A stretch of DNA of 64,000 bases from Schizochytrium sp. TIO01 (taxonomy: Eukaryota > Protista > Bigyra: Labyrinthulomycetes). The stretch is taken from assembly GCA_004764695.1 (NCBI GenBank), contig SMSO01000036.1, forward strand, positions 620,001 through 684,000, read 5' to 3'. The translations under genes were made by a program, and so were the position numbers. Positions 36,176 through 46,912 of the stretch are shown in pieces. Each line of letters opens with the position of its first letter. Position 1 is the first letter of the stretch. Below the pieces are notes generated by a model, which saw nothing but the letters and a program-made list of their open reading frames with translations, searched no databases and was not told where the DNA came from.

Positions 36176-37266
36176 ATGGTACGTAGCCTCGGGGCTCTCG
36201 CGGGCGGCGGAGACGAGCTTGCGGGCAGAGGAGGGCGCCAGGACATCTGGCGAAGGCACGAGGAGATGAATCGCACGGATGCGGCCGGAGACGAGGCCCA
36301 CCGGCGCGAGATGAGGACAGCATGGGGCCATGCGTCGGCCTTCAATGTTAAAGCAACTTGACGACGATAACAGCGACGACGACGACGACGACGAATGGAC
36401 TTCCGCAGTGGGACAGTGGTGCTTTCGATTGGACTGATGAAGATTTGGAGATGTGGAGGACGCTTTGATGCGACCTTCCACAGCAACTTGATGAGATCGA
36501 CAGTGGGCGTAGCAAATTAGGCGATACCTTATATGTTTGTGCTTTGAGTGCACATCCTTTGGTATTTGCGGCAATGTCAAGATGAAGGGTGTAGACGAAG
36601 CTGGTGGGATACAGCGTTGTCTGTGAGTCTTTTTGGCAAAATTTCCTGCGATCAGCCTGAGAACGGGGCACTTTGTTGCCCGGTCGTTTGCTCACTTTCT
36701 GTTTCTAAAGTGATGGTTTTCATGAGTACCAATCTGCATGCATCAAGCGGAAGCTTCAAGAAATCGTCTGACGCTGGAGGAGTTGAGTACGGTGGGGTGG
36801 TCTTTATGCATTTCGTTCGATCCTTGTGACAACGTGAGCCTGACACGTTCTTATCGAATGTTGGTATTGGATGCATTAAGAACTCAAGAAGTAACTAACT
36901 GGCATGATGATGATGAATTGCAAATTAATTTGAGTATCACAGGCGGTCAAGCAGCAGAAGACGAAGGAGGCCAAGGCCAAGGCCGCCCTCGCCGGTGGCA
37001 ACAAGGGCAAGAAGAAGAAGTGGGCCAAGGGCAAGGTCCGCGAAAAGGCCTTCAACGCCGTCCTCTTCGAGAAGCCCGCTTACGAGAAGCTCCTCTCCGA
37101 TGTGCCCAAGATGAAGCTTATTTCCGTCGCCACTGTTGTGGAGCGTCTTAAGATCAACGGCTCCCTCGCCCGCCGTGCTATCAAGGAGCTCAAGAACCAG
37201 GGCCTCATTAAGCCTGTCGTGCACCACCAGAAGCAGTTGATCTACACCCGTGCCCCCCAGGCTTAA
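36176..37266 (+). CDS. RPS25: 40S ribosomal protein S25 (eS25), 2 exons, 108 aa
   Basis: The first coding exon is only the ATG (36176-36178, CACCATG|GTACGT). Intron 36179-36942 with a CTAAC branch site near 36895 and a CACAG acceptor. Exon 2 (36943-37266) reads [15 protein letters not shown]...[13 protein letters not shown]...[18 protein letters not shown]...QLIYTR. Strong high-expression codon bias. Missed by the ORF track. Confidence 0.95.
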
Positions 37267-39592
37267 GTAAAGTGAAATTGCTCTTGGATATTCAACATTT
37301 TGCGCTATTGAACAGTTGGTTTAGTTTGTTTATCCTTGTTCCTTGTCTTGATTTTCTTGTTTTATAGGTGTCTAGTGCTTTTGTTCTACTCTTTGTAATG
37401 CATTTACAGCATGTCTCTCATGAGATCAAAGAACGGTTAAGATTAGGAAGTGTTTCCTGAAGTAACCTAGTGCATAGTAGTATTTCCTTGGAGAAAATAA
37501 AATGAGCGACACTGCTGTGAGGAGAAATCGATTAAAAGCACTAGATCTGTCAAAGGTTGTTATTAGACATTTTAAGAGAAGCTTGTTGGCATCTTCTTTT
37601 CCTCTTTTGCCAGACCAAAAGCAAAGTTTACTCCCTTCTGAAGAGGCGATGCAAACCATCAAAAGCAAGCAGTTTCTATTATTTCCTTGACCAAAATAGG
37701 CTACCACTCAGCTAAAGAATAACCAAGACCTACTCTATATCTTAGTATAGGCCGGTTTATTTTTCTTCCGCCGCATCGCGTCAAACATCAGGATAATAGG
37801 AAAGCTATTTTCTTTCTCTCTCTCTCTCTCTCTATCGCTTAGAAAAAGCAGACAAAGGCGACACCCTAAATGTCTTAGTTGCCTTCCTGTCAGGACCATT
37901 AATTAGAAAATGGACTCGAAAGTCTAGTCCTCCTAACAAGTAAGCCAACTTCGGAAGCCTGCCATCTTTAAGACCGGCCTGCTCCACGATATAGAAACAG
38001 GTCCTTGCTAGCTTCCCAAAGTACTAAGGCAACCGATGTTATGTGTTCAAGTAACGTAATGTATTTTATATGTGTATTCTATAACATTATGATGCCCAGG
38101 CTGCTTATGGTTGAGTAGTTGGTACCTAGAGAATCGGACTACAACGAAGCTTCAGTGGTTTGTGGCAGTTCAGATGTAATAAGTTATGAAAAGTGAGTGG
38201 CAGGCTGCTACCTGGCGTTCTAAATGTGTTTTGTCCCAGCTTTTGACCTCTACCTAGTACTGCTGGAAAACCGCTTATTGCATCAAAAAGAAGTTGACTG
38301 CAAACCTCGCAATGGATCTTTCCACTCATCACAGTTGACGTGAATCTGTTGAGGGCTGGCTCAAGCAGTTTCTATGTTTTAGACTTACTTTTTTTTTTCT
38401 TTTCTTTTTTTTTTTTTCTGAATAGTTTCTTTCGTTGGAAAAATGCGAGAACTAATCTTTACGCTGCTCATTTCAAGTCAATCCTGGTCGTCTCCGCGGT
38501 CTTCCAGGCTGAAACCTCAACGTGAAATAGACGAACTCACTTTTGTAGGACTTTCCCCTCCAGCGTGAAAATGCCTAGTTTTGATGCTGCCGATATTACA
38601 GTGGCATATTCAACAACATTCTAGTTTCGCAAATTTAACATAATTAGAAGCATTCCCAATTAAACCATGCCTTATGATAGCTATGCTTTACAGCGCGACT
38701 CAAGTTGTACGATGAAGTTGATGTGAGATTAGCTCAGTTAAATGTGGATATAATATCATCAAAAGAGGGAATGCTGATGAACCTCTGGCCTCCTAAAGTT
38801 TTACATTTTTCTTGGAATTTTCTACTGCAGCCTACCAAACCTCTTGATGATAATTCTGCGAATGAATGATCTCAACGCTTTGACCTCATGAATCATATCT
38901 GTCAGCTACAAAACCCCGTCATTTCATTCGAAGTTTACTTGGAATAAAAGAACCCAGAACGGGAGAGTTGGACATTACAAGCAAACCCTTCTATTTTATG
39001 TAAAATTGCAGCCCTTCCGTGGTTTCTACACAAAGAATCCCCCGTCCCCCAGGAAGAATATCTCTGCCAACTCTGAGCTGCTTAAACGGTAGAATGTCAG
39101 GCTGATTCTGATGTGTGTGAGTCGAGACCACTGGGGTTCTTCACACGCTACGGTGCCTCTAATAACTGGTAGAGCGTGTCCAATAGGAGTACTTATGCAA
39201 TACCTAGTGAAAGCAGCAGGCTGCATGTACGCCCGCTCAGCCTGGCTGCCCACAGAAAGCAAGAAGTGCAGCCTGCCAAAAGTGATCACGCCACGAAGCG
39301 CAAGTAGATAAACCTTGGTAAGAATTGTAGCATTGGGTACGACTATACGTCTACAGTATACAGATGTGCTGGTAATATTCTACAAAGATAAATGAGATGC
39401 GGTAGTAGTATTAGTTATGACAGATGTTTTTTTAAGTATACTCTTTGGCCTGTGACGGGTTCTGCATGCTTTCTTAGCATTTGGGCAATTCCTAAATTGG
39501 GATGGGTACAGGGAATGATTGAAGTGACAGATTGAATCAAAGCAACAAACTGGGAGCTGGCTGCACATCTTGGCTCATGGGCTGCTGGTTGG

Positions 39593-40978
39593 ATGCCCTT
39601 GGGTACTGCAAGAAGCATGAATACGTTGGGGATTATTGCCTTCGTTACCTTTGGAGTACTCGCATTGCGTAGAACTCTTCGTATACAAACTTACACTGAA
39701 CTTGGCATATGGTTTGCAGTTGGGGTAGTAAGAAGCTTCATCTCAAATGCCGCGATTGCAGGTTGTCTTCGAATTTGGCGAGGTGGGAAAGCTGTGTATG
39801 AAAACTGGTCTTGGACAGAGGAAATGTGCAACGCAGGGGCGCAAGGTGCAGCTCAATTTCTTCAAATGTCAGCTTCGGAGAATGAAGTTCACTACCAGTT
39901 CATGCGAAAAGGATTCGAGCTTATCGCTTCGCAAAGTACAAAAACAATGGAGAACGCAGGGTTTGCAATTTTTGACTACAATGCGGGCAATATACGGTGC
40001 CGAGCTATGTGCCCAAAGCATCTTGTTCCCCGTGTGAAAGCCCAGTTAGGCCTGGTAGTATCCGCCAACGAAGAACAAGAGGCATTGGTCTGGTCTATGA
40101 AACTTCTAAATGATCGAGGAATTAAAGAGCACGTTCTTCAATCACAGCCTATCAAATGGCTTATGCATTTTCACGGTGGCGGTTATGTTAGTGGAACCTT
40201 ACTAGCATCACAAGCAGTGGGCCATCATTATGGCGAGCACGCGCTAAGTCGTAAATCTGCGATGAATTTGGTTGTTGTTTTACCAGAGTATGCACTTGCA
40301 CCGGAAGCTCGATTTCCTGCCGCCGTATTGGATGGCCTTGATGCTTATGTATGGCATACATTGCGCCCAGATATTTCTCCAGAAAATATCGTTTTAGCAG
40401 GCGAGAGTGCTGGAGGTGGCTTAGTTGCAGCAATGCTTTTGGCTATCCGTGATACTCCCGCACCATATTTGGAGCATTTTGAGAATCTGTCAGGTTTCAC
40501 TAAGAAGGATGGGTTATCTTTGCGTTGGCCACTAAGTTCTTTTCATATGCCTGCTGGTGCAGTACTTATGAGCCCGCTCCTTGACCTCCGACACGATGCT
40601 CTATACTGTGAAGAACGAGCTCCGTTCGATATTATCACTGCAGCATCTGTGAATGGTGCTGCGAAGACTTATGTTCCCAGCGAAAAGGTTGCAGCTAACA
40701 ATCCCTTGGCATCGCCTATCTTAGGAACTCTGAGTGGGATGCCGCCATTGCTTCTGTCTGCTGGTGAAGTTGAGATTTTCAAGCCTTCAATTAGATCTTA
40801 TTATCTCAAAGCCAAGTCTCAGAATCCTGCTGATGCGGACATCTCATTTCATAATTTTCCTGGCCAGACACACAGTTTCCAGTTGCAGTGGTCTTCTGTA
40901 GACTCTCAGGCTGGAGTATTATACGACGAGATTCTGAACTTTGTGCAAAGATCAACCACCAATTCTTTGACTATATGA
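39593..40978 (+). CDS. Alpha/beta hydrolase, hormone-sensitive-lipase-like (Abhydrolase_3) esterase/lipase with a hydrophobic N-terminus
   Basis: HFHGGGY oxyanion motif, 'PEYALAPEARFPAAVLD', GESAGG nucleophile elbow, 'ASPI', 'LLSAGEVE' and 'GQTHSF' with the catalytic His. Confidence 0.92.
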   Translation: MPLGTARSMNTLGIIAFVTFGVLALRRTLRIQTYTELGIWFAVGVVRSFISNAAIAGCLRIWRGGKAVYENWSWTEEMCNAGAQGAAQFLQMSASENEVHYQFMRKGFELIASQSTKTMENAGFAIFDYNAGNIRCRAMCPKHLVPRVKAQLGLVVSANEEQEALVWSMKLLNDRGIKEHVLQSQPIKWLMHFHGGGYVSGTLLASQAVGHHYGEHALSRKSAMNLVVVLPEYALAPEARFPAAVLDGLDAYVWHTLRPDISPENIVLAGESAGGGLVAAMLLAIRDTPAPYLEHFENLSGFTKKDGLSLRWPLSSFHMPAGAVLMSPLLDLRHDALYCEERAPFDIITAASVNGAAKTYVPSEKVAANNPLASPILGTLSGMPPLLLSAGEVEIFKPSIRSYYLKAKSQNPADADISFHNFPGQTHSFQLQWSSVDSQAGVLYDEILNFVQRSTTNSLTI

Positions 40979-41464
40979 ACGAATATTTCCAAGGCTTGCA
41001 AAATGCTTCTAGCCGGCCTCTTGTGTATAATGAATTCAGCCATTAATTTACGGAGTAAATTGTTCTTTAAAAATAATTTTCATCATATTCGCTCTTTAGA
41101 AAAACAACAAAGCAAACATCAACCTAAACGCCATCAACAAAACAGGCGTGTTTGTATGTTCCCTTTTGAGAGAATCGCACTGTCCTCTGCGCTTTGTGCC
41201 ATGTGATAGATCTCTAATTTCAAAGCTGTTAGTAATAGTAAGCCTCTGGAAGTCTCAAGTTGAATAACCAGTTTTGCGTCCTATGAGTTGATTGTCATTT
41301 TTTTGTGAGGAATACAAAAACTTGCAACCGGAGAAGCGTGCAGCTCTTGCTGCGACTCCAGCAAACTCTACTAGAGGGTTTCAGGTTTCAAAAGAGCAAT
41401 CTGCGAGCCTGCTCTATTGGACGAATTTGCTTTGGCTGCGCGTCTGGGTTTCTATTTTAAAAAA

Positions 41465-42334
41465 ATGGTAGACGGTAAGATGGCACAGCGAGTCCTGAAG
41501 ATTGTGCGTCTTGGTCCGCGCGATAAGGTTGATATTTGGCGTCAACTGCAGCTAGAAGAAGGTCTCCACAGATCAAAATCCAGTATTGAAGATGCAGGGG
41601 TCCCAGGCAGCGGTACTGGCTGGGTTGTACTGAACCACCCTCAATCATTTCAGGAGGCGAGTATTGTACTTGGGTTTTCGGGCAAAATCCCGAAGCTTGT
41701 CAATGAGCCAGAACGCAAACGTCAGAATGTACCAATGATCCGCAGGTACACAGGTGGAGGCACTGTAATTGTTGATGAAAATACTGTTTTTATCTCCATG
41801 CTTCTTGGCAAAGACCTTGTGCCAAATGTGGACCCATTTCCTCGACCAATTATGTCTTGGTCTGGCGAATTCTACAGCCGAGTGCTCAACGACCGTCTTG
41901 GCGTGAAGGGTTTTTCACTCCGCGCAGATGACTACGTTGTAGATAATGTCAAGATTGCTGGAAATGCGCAAGCTATTAGTGGCAAGCGATGGGTGCATCA
42001 CACATCTTTTCTATGGGACTATAGCTCCGAGCGGATGAAGGTGCTGAGCCTTCCCGAGAAACAGCCCGAGTATCGTGCAAATCGCGACCACGACAGCTTT
42101 CTTCGTCGTATGAAGGAGATTTTCCCGCCCTCTTTCCCACCAGGTCAAGATCCAGTCCTTGGACCTGCCACCTTTTTAGATGCGGTGGAATCTGAGCTTA
42201 CAGAGTATTTCACAAAACAAGGTGTGCATGTTGAACAGGGTACTGTAGCACAGCTCGAAAGAATTCTTGAGGCTAATCCAGAGCGCCGCCAGGTTACACG
42301 CTTTGAGGAACCTGTCGATGCCTCCAGTGCATAG
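41465..42334 (+). CDS. lplA: Lipoate-protein ligase A family protein (BPL/LPL catalytic domain only)
   Basis: 'QLQLEEGL', 'IVLG', 'RRYTGGGTV', 'KIAGNAQ' (catalytic Lys), 'HHTSFLW' and 'YRANRDHDSFL'. First ATG is at 41465. Confidence 0.9.
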   Translation: MVDGKMAQRVLKIVRLGPRDKVDIWRQLQLEEGLHRSKSSIEDAGVPGSGTGWVVLNHPQSFQEASIVLGFSGKIPKLVNEPERKRQNVPMIRRYTGGGTVIVDENTVFISMLLGKDLVPNVDPFPRPIMSWSGEFYSRVLNDRLGVKGFSLRADDYVVDNVKIAGNAQAISGKRWVHHTSFLWDYSSERMKVLSLPEKQPEYRANRDHDSFLRRMKEIFPPSFPPGQDPVLGPATFLDAVESELTEYFTKQGVHVEQGTVAQLERILEANPERRQVTRFEEPVDASSA

Positions 42335-42881
42335 CACATCCAATGAAGAAACCAATCAATGTAAGGAATGCCTTACTCCATTTTCGATGTTACAATGCAT
42401 AATCTAACCTAAAACTGGAAGGTTCGTTCTCACTTTGAGAAATATTCAACTTTAACCTTTGAAAATATGCCAGATTTTGACTAAGAAGGAAAATATGCGA
42501 TTTTTAAAGTACCAGATTCTTTCTTCTATGATTTTATTTAATTTCTTGTTTGATTTGCGCAACATGCTCAAACCAGATGGAATACATTCTAGTTTGCGAA
42601 AACAGATGAGCATCTACGTATATCCTTTATTCTTTCTTGCTTGAAAAAAAAAAAAAGGCATAGAGATCTGAATAGGGAAACGAATTATGCATGAGAATAG
42701 CTTTCAATTGTGCCATGCCTACGCTCCACTCGCCAAGAATAGCATCGAATTCTTTAAAAATTACAAAGCATAAATAGAGACAGTATTTATTCAATCAAAA
42801 TAATCGAAAACTTTTAAAAGAAAGTTGTTCTCTTTTGTTAAGATGTAAACCTAGATCACATGGTCAAGCTTCCTTTACTAG

Positions 42882-44549
42882 CTAGTTATTATAAACAGGA
42901 AGCTTCAGTGAAGACCTTCGTCTTTCAATTGTTGATTGGCCTACATGACCTTGCGTATCACGGATAAACTCTCGTTCCTTGAACCGAATCTTCAAATAGT
43001 TATATCGGGGGGTGGTTTTAAATTTATTCCAGAGGTTATTAAGGAGAAGCTTTGTAACCTCGGCCTGAGCGCTATTAAAAACATTCTCGTCGCACGTTCT
43101 CTCATCACGAAATTGTGCCAGAGTCCTTTCGCGAAGCTCTGAACTTACGTTAATCTGCATTGCCGAGTCGCCCATTAAAAATTGTTTTGCAAGGCTTTCA
43201 CCTGCATTTTGCTTAAATTCAAAGTCTGCGGCTTCCCCCATGTCAGCCAATGTGTCTTTGTATTTCTCTACAGCGATCCAAAATAGGATGCTGTCTTCCA
43301 TAAAGTTTTCTATCGCAAACCTTCGAAAGAAGACAAGACCCTGCGAGTTCATTAAAACCGTCTCGAGCGAAATCTCAGACTCGTCTACAGTCTTCAAGTT
43401 GCGGGCTTCAGCAAATCCGCGGACATCATCAATGGTCTTTCTTGTTGAGCTTCTAATATTAAGACTGTTGATCTTGGTAAGATCTGCTAAGGAACTTGTA
43501 GCAATTTGCTTTGTCATAGATCTGAAAACGTCGCTTTGCTTAAAATCACCCTCAATCTTTTGGAGCTTGTGGACTATTTCTGCTTCAAGGGGCTGCAGAA
43601 GAGACGCGCCTGGTTTATCAAAGCTCTTAGGATTTGCAGTATAGTCTTCAGAAAGTTTCAAGAGGGAGGGAATGTGCTCTGCAAGGTTCATATGGCGTCT
43701 TAGAAGTCTCTCAAGGCGTTTTGCACGACTCTCAAAATCATATAGATGTTCATAGGTACATACATCCTCATAAAGACCCATCATATCAAGACCAAAACCA
43801 TTGAAAGGCTTCATAATTTCAATGTACTGACACAGGTAGTGTTGGCCAATTGGATTGTTCACAATGAATGTAATATCCATTTCCTCCAGCAGTTTTGAAG
43901 CCTTCTCAACGGCATCTGCTTCATTTGCAAAGAACCCTGTATCGCCACGGAGTTCCTCAAATGATTTGCTTGTGATAAAAGCGGGAAGATACTCGAATTT
44001 TAATTGTTGGAACGTCTTCATGCTTGCTAACAGAAAGGATCTTCGTAAAATGTCTGGTGATGAGCAACCCACCTCAAGTTGTGAGTCGAACCCCGAGCTC
44101 GATGATCTAAAGCTGCTTCCCAGACCTGCTTTCATCATACTTGATTTGCGCTTGCGAAAACGAACTTGTAAATCCTCAAATATCTGGTCGCAAGTTGCAA
44201 TGTCGAGACCAAGTTCTGAACGAAAAACGCTATCCTCTCCTAGATATGTGTTGATGATTTTCTCTGCTTCTCGTTGAAGTTCGCTCACAGATGTAGAGAC
44301 TGGAAGTGATCTATACCTCTCCGCTGCAAGAAAGAACTCAAGCTTTTGTTCCCCAAGCTCTCCTTTGAGAAATTTGCGGAATATGTGTGATACAATTGGG
44401 TCATCAACAATCTGAGTTAGTGTTGTATCTGATAGACGCCGCTTTCTGTAGACCATTGTGCGAAAATCTTTATCTGTCTTTGACAACTCCAACGATCCAT
44501 TCTCCCCAGTAGGCAATACTATATTTGGCTTGCTTTGGCAAACCCCCAT
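42882..44549 (-). CDS. Regulator of G-protein signalling (RGS) protein with three tandem RGS-like repeats and an N-terminal acylation motif
   Basis: Repeat 1 'DPIVSHIFRKFL..ELGEQKLEFFLAAERYR..YLPAFITS'; repeat 2 (degenerate) 'IVNNPIGQHYLCQYI..DFKQSDVF'; repeat 3 'NSQGLVFFRRFAIENFMEDSILFWIAVEKYK..QINVSSELR..FNSAQAEV..WNKFKTT'. N-terminus MGVCQSK. Confidence 0.88.
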   Translation of the reverse strand: MGVCQSKPNIVLPTGENGSLELSKTDKDFRTMVYRKRRLSDTTLTQIVDDPIVSHIFRKFLKGELGEQKLEFFLAAERYRSLPVSTSVSELQREAEKIINTYLGEDSVFRSELGLDIATCDQIFEDLQVRFRKRKSSMMKAGLGSSFRSSSSGFDSQLEVGCSSPDILRRSFLLASMKTFQQLKFEYLPAFITSKSFEELRGDTGFFANEADAVEKASKLLEEMDITFIVNNPIGQHYLCQYIEIMKPFNGFGLDMMGLYEDVCTYEHLYDFESRAKRLERLLRRHMNLAEHIPSLLKLSEDYTANPKSFDKPGASLLQPLEAEIVHKLQKIEGDFKQSDVFRSMTKQIATSSLADLTKINSLNIRSSTRKTIDDVRGFAEARNLKTVDESEISLETVLMNSQGLVFFRRFAIENFMEDSILFWIAVEKYKDTLADMGEAADFEFKQNAGESLAKQFLMGDSAMQINVSSELRERTLAQFRDERTCDENVFNSAQAEVTKLLLNNLWNKFKTTPRYNYLKIRFKEREFIRDTQGHVGQSTIERRRSSLKLPVYNN

Positions 44550-46912
44550 TCTTTAAATGGCAAGTTTCAGGTTTATTTTTGAGGTTTTACTCAAATTTGG
44601 ATTGCCACCAATGGTCAACTATATGGTCAAGGCGCGGATTTGGTCTCTCAACCCTCTCGATGTATATCTATCTCCCAATGTCCACGATCAGAACCTTTTC
44701 TATCCAGAGCAATGGTCTGCCAAATCCACGACGCCCCTGTGATCCACTATTATGCTTTGGTTGACCTTTTCTCCGTTCACTTTTGCATGTGCAATTTTTG
44801 CGTTAATATGGCCAGCATTGAAAATTGATCTCTCTTTCTAACTGTTTTCTACCTGCCCTCCTCTACCTACCTTTACTGTTTTCTATTATTAAATCTCCAA
44901 AAGAAACTGGTCAAGTTTTCTCAATGAGAGAAGTTTTCATGCACCGTTGATAACTTTTCTTACCTTCTTTTTTATTTCTGTTTTTCTTTTCCATCGAGAT
45001 TAAATTTAAAAAAAAACAGGCCTACTGAGTTTGATGACTTGGTTGGGGCCTTGAACATTTCTAAAATTTGAGAAGTAGGATAGAAGACTCAAGTTGGGGC
45101 AGACGACATTTAGATGTGAAGTTTTGCCTCGCGTGATGAAAAATGTCATCCTATTATCCTATTTCAGCTTTCAACTCCACTTATTGACAGGATACTAGTG
45201 GTGAAAATGAAAATATACATAGCAGATGATAACCTTCTTCCGCACAAGCTAAATCGAGCCTGTAAGCTGTAATCCAGCACGCCAAATAAACAAACGCGTC
45301 GAGCCAGTAAGTCCGGTGAGCACCTCATCGCAATGCCAATCATTGCTAACTTAGTTTCATCATAAAATCATTAAATTTTAATTTAAATAGAATTCTGGTG
45401 TGGGTGCTGCTCGCCTATGAACTATTGTACAACCCTAAAGCTAGTACAATATTAAACTTGGATAGAAAATATATATAAATAGAAGTCGCTCCAAGATGAG
45501 GTCAGGCGCTGTTGTGCTAGAGTGGCAAGTTTTGAACCAACAACGTCTTTGCCGGAGGTTTCCTGTAATCTAAATCAACCTGTTCCTTCATCTTCATTGT
45601 AGAATTTTAAATTGAACCGTATCGAACAGATGAAAGCGTTTCCCTCCCATCATTGAATCAACTAGCTGGATTTTATTCGTCTGCTTGTTGTTAAAGCAAC
45701 GGACACCCATAACAGCTACTCTCGTGTAACTTCAACTTGTTCTTAGGTCTAGAAGACTATTGCGAGATTCATGCTTTCTACTTGTGCTTGCGCAATTCGT
45801 TTCCCTAGAGGCATGACAATTTAAAAATTCCTTTTCTTTTTTAGCTTTAGTTTTTTGGGATTCTTGTAGTTTTCTTTAGTTTTCTTTATCATAACAATAT
45901 ATTTTTAATTGAAATAAATTAATATATATTGCATATAATAGGCCTATATGTTTGTCGTCAATGCATTCTTACATGCTGGACCAAAGACAATCAGTGTCTA
46001 CACAACTACCTTTCTTTTAGCATAATATATCTGCACACATACCCAAGACTGAACAACTACATTCTGAATTGGTATGTTGCCATAAAGCAAATGAGCTGAG
46101 CTCTACATAGAAAAGGCCGATTCTCTCACACTTACCTTGTTATAAGGTACTCTGCTTCATTCCTTCCCTTTAATCCAGCGATCCGTTGACGTAAAGCCGT
46201 TATGTTCTCGACACCTTAACATACTGGTAGGTACCAATCATTAAATGCCCACTGGCGTCGGCAAAGCTTTCTCTTTCTTGTGACCTCAACTCTATCTATA
46301 TCAAATAACGAGTCAGTATAGGCTTCAGGGCATTGAACGCATAATAAATGTTGAATACTTTGTGTATAAGCCATCATCAATAGCAGAGATAAATTTCGAC
46401 CAGGCAAAGCTACATACTCTTAATTATTAGTTTGTGAGAACTAGAACTAGGTGCCTGCTTATTAAATTTCGGTAGAGTACACACTATACATGTGTTCTGA
46501 GATTTGAGAATTCTGTTTGTCCATGTATTGTATTGCGTCGCTTTGAGTGCACAACGGTCAGACTGTAAACAGATAACAAAATCAGAGACGAAAGCGACAC
46601 TAATTGAGAGAACAAGAAAGGTGTACCTCAGATGGGCAAGCTCTTCTATTTGTAACGCTACCAAACTCGTGCCTTTACGATCCTTATAGGATAGATATAT
46701 ATTGGTATATACATAGTGACACAGCCGGAAAGCAAAGGGTATGCCACGGTGCTCTTTGCAGCATTAGGCACAGCATAAATTCCTCACTGCGCGGCAAATA
46801 AAACAGCTGCTGTCAAGTGCGCAGTGAGGGGAATAGGTACATCGAGGGGAGCGTAAGGTGGCTCGGGTTCATAGCCAGTGGCGCGTCAGCTGCCGGTGCT
46901 CGCACAAAAACC

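Noticed and set aside
36738-37151. 137-aa plus-strand ORF in the track overlapping RPS25
   Set aside because: Wrong frame. The true RPS25 frame begins after the acceptor at 36942.
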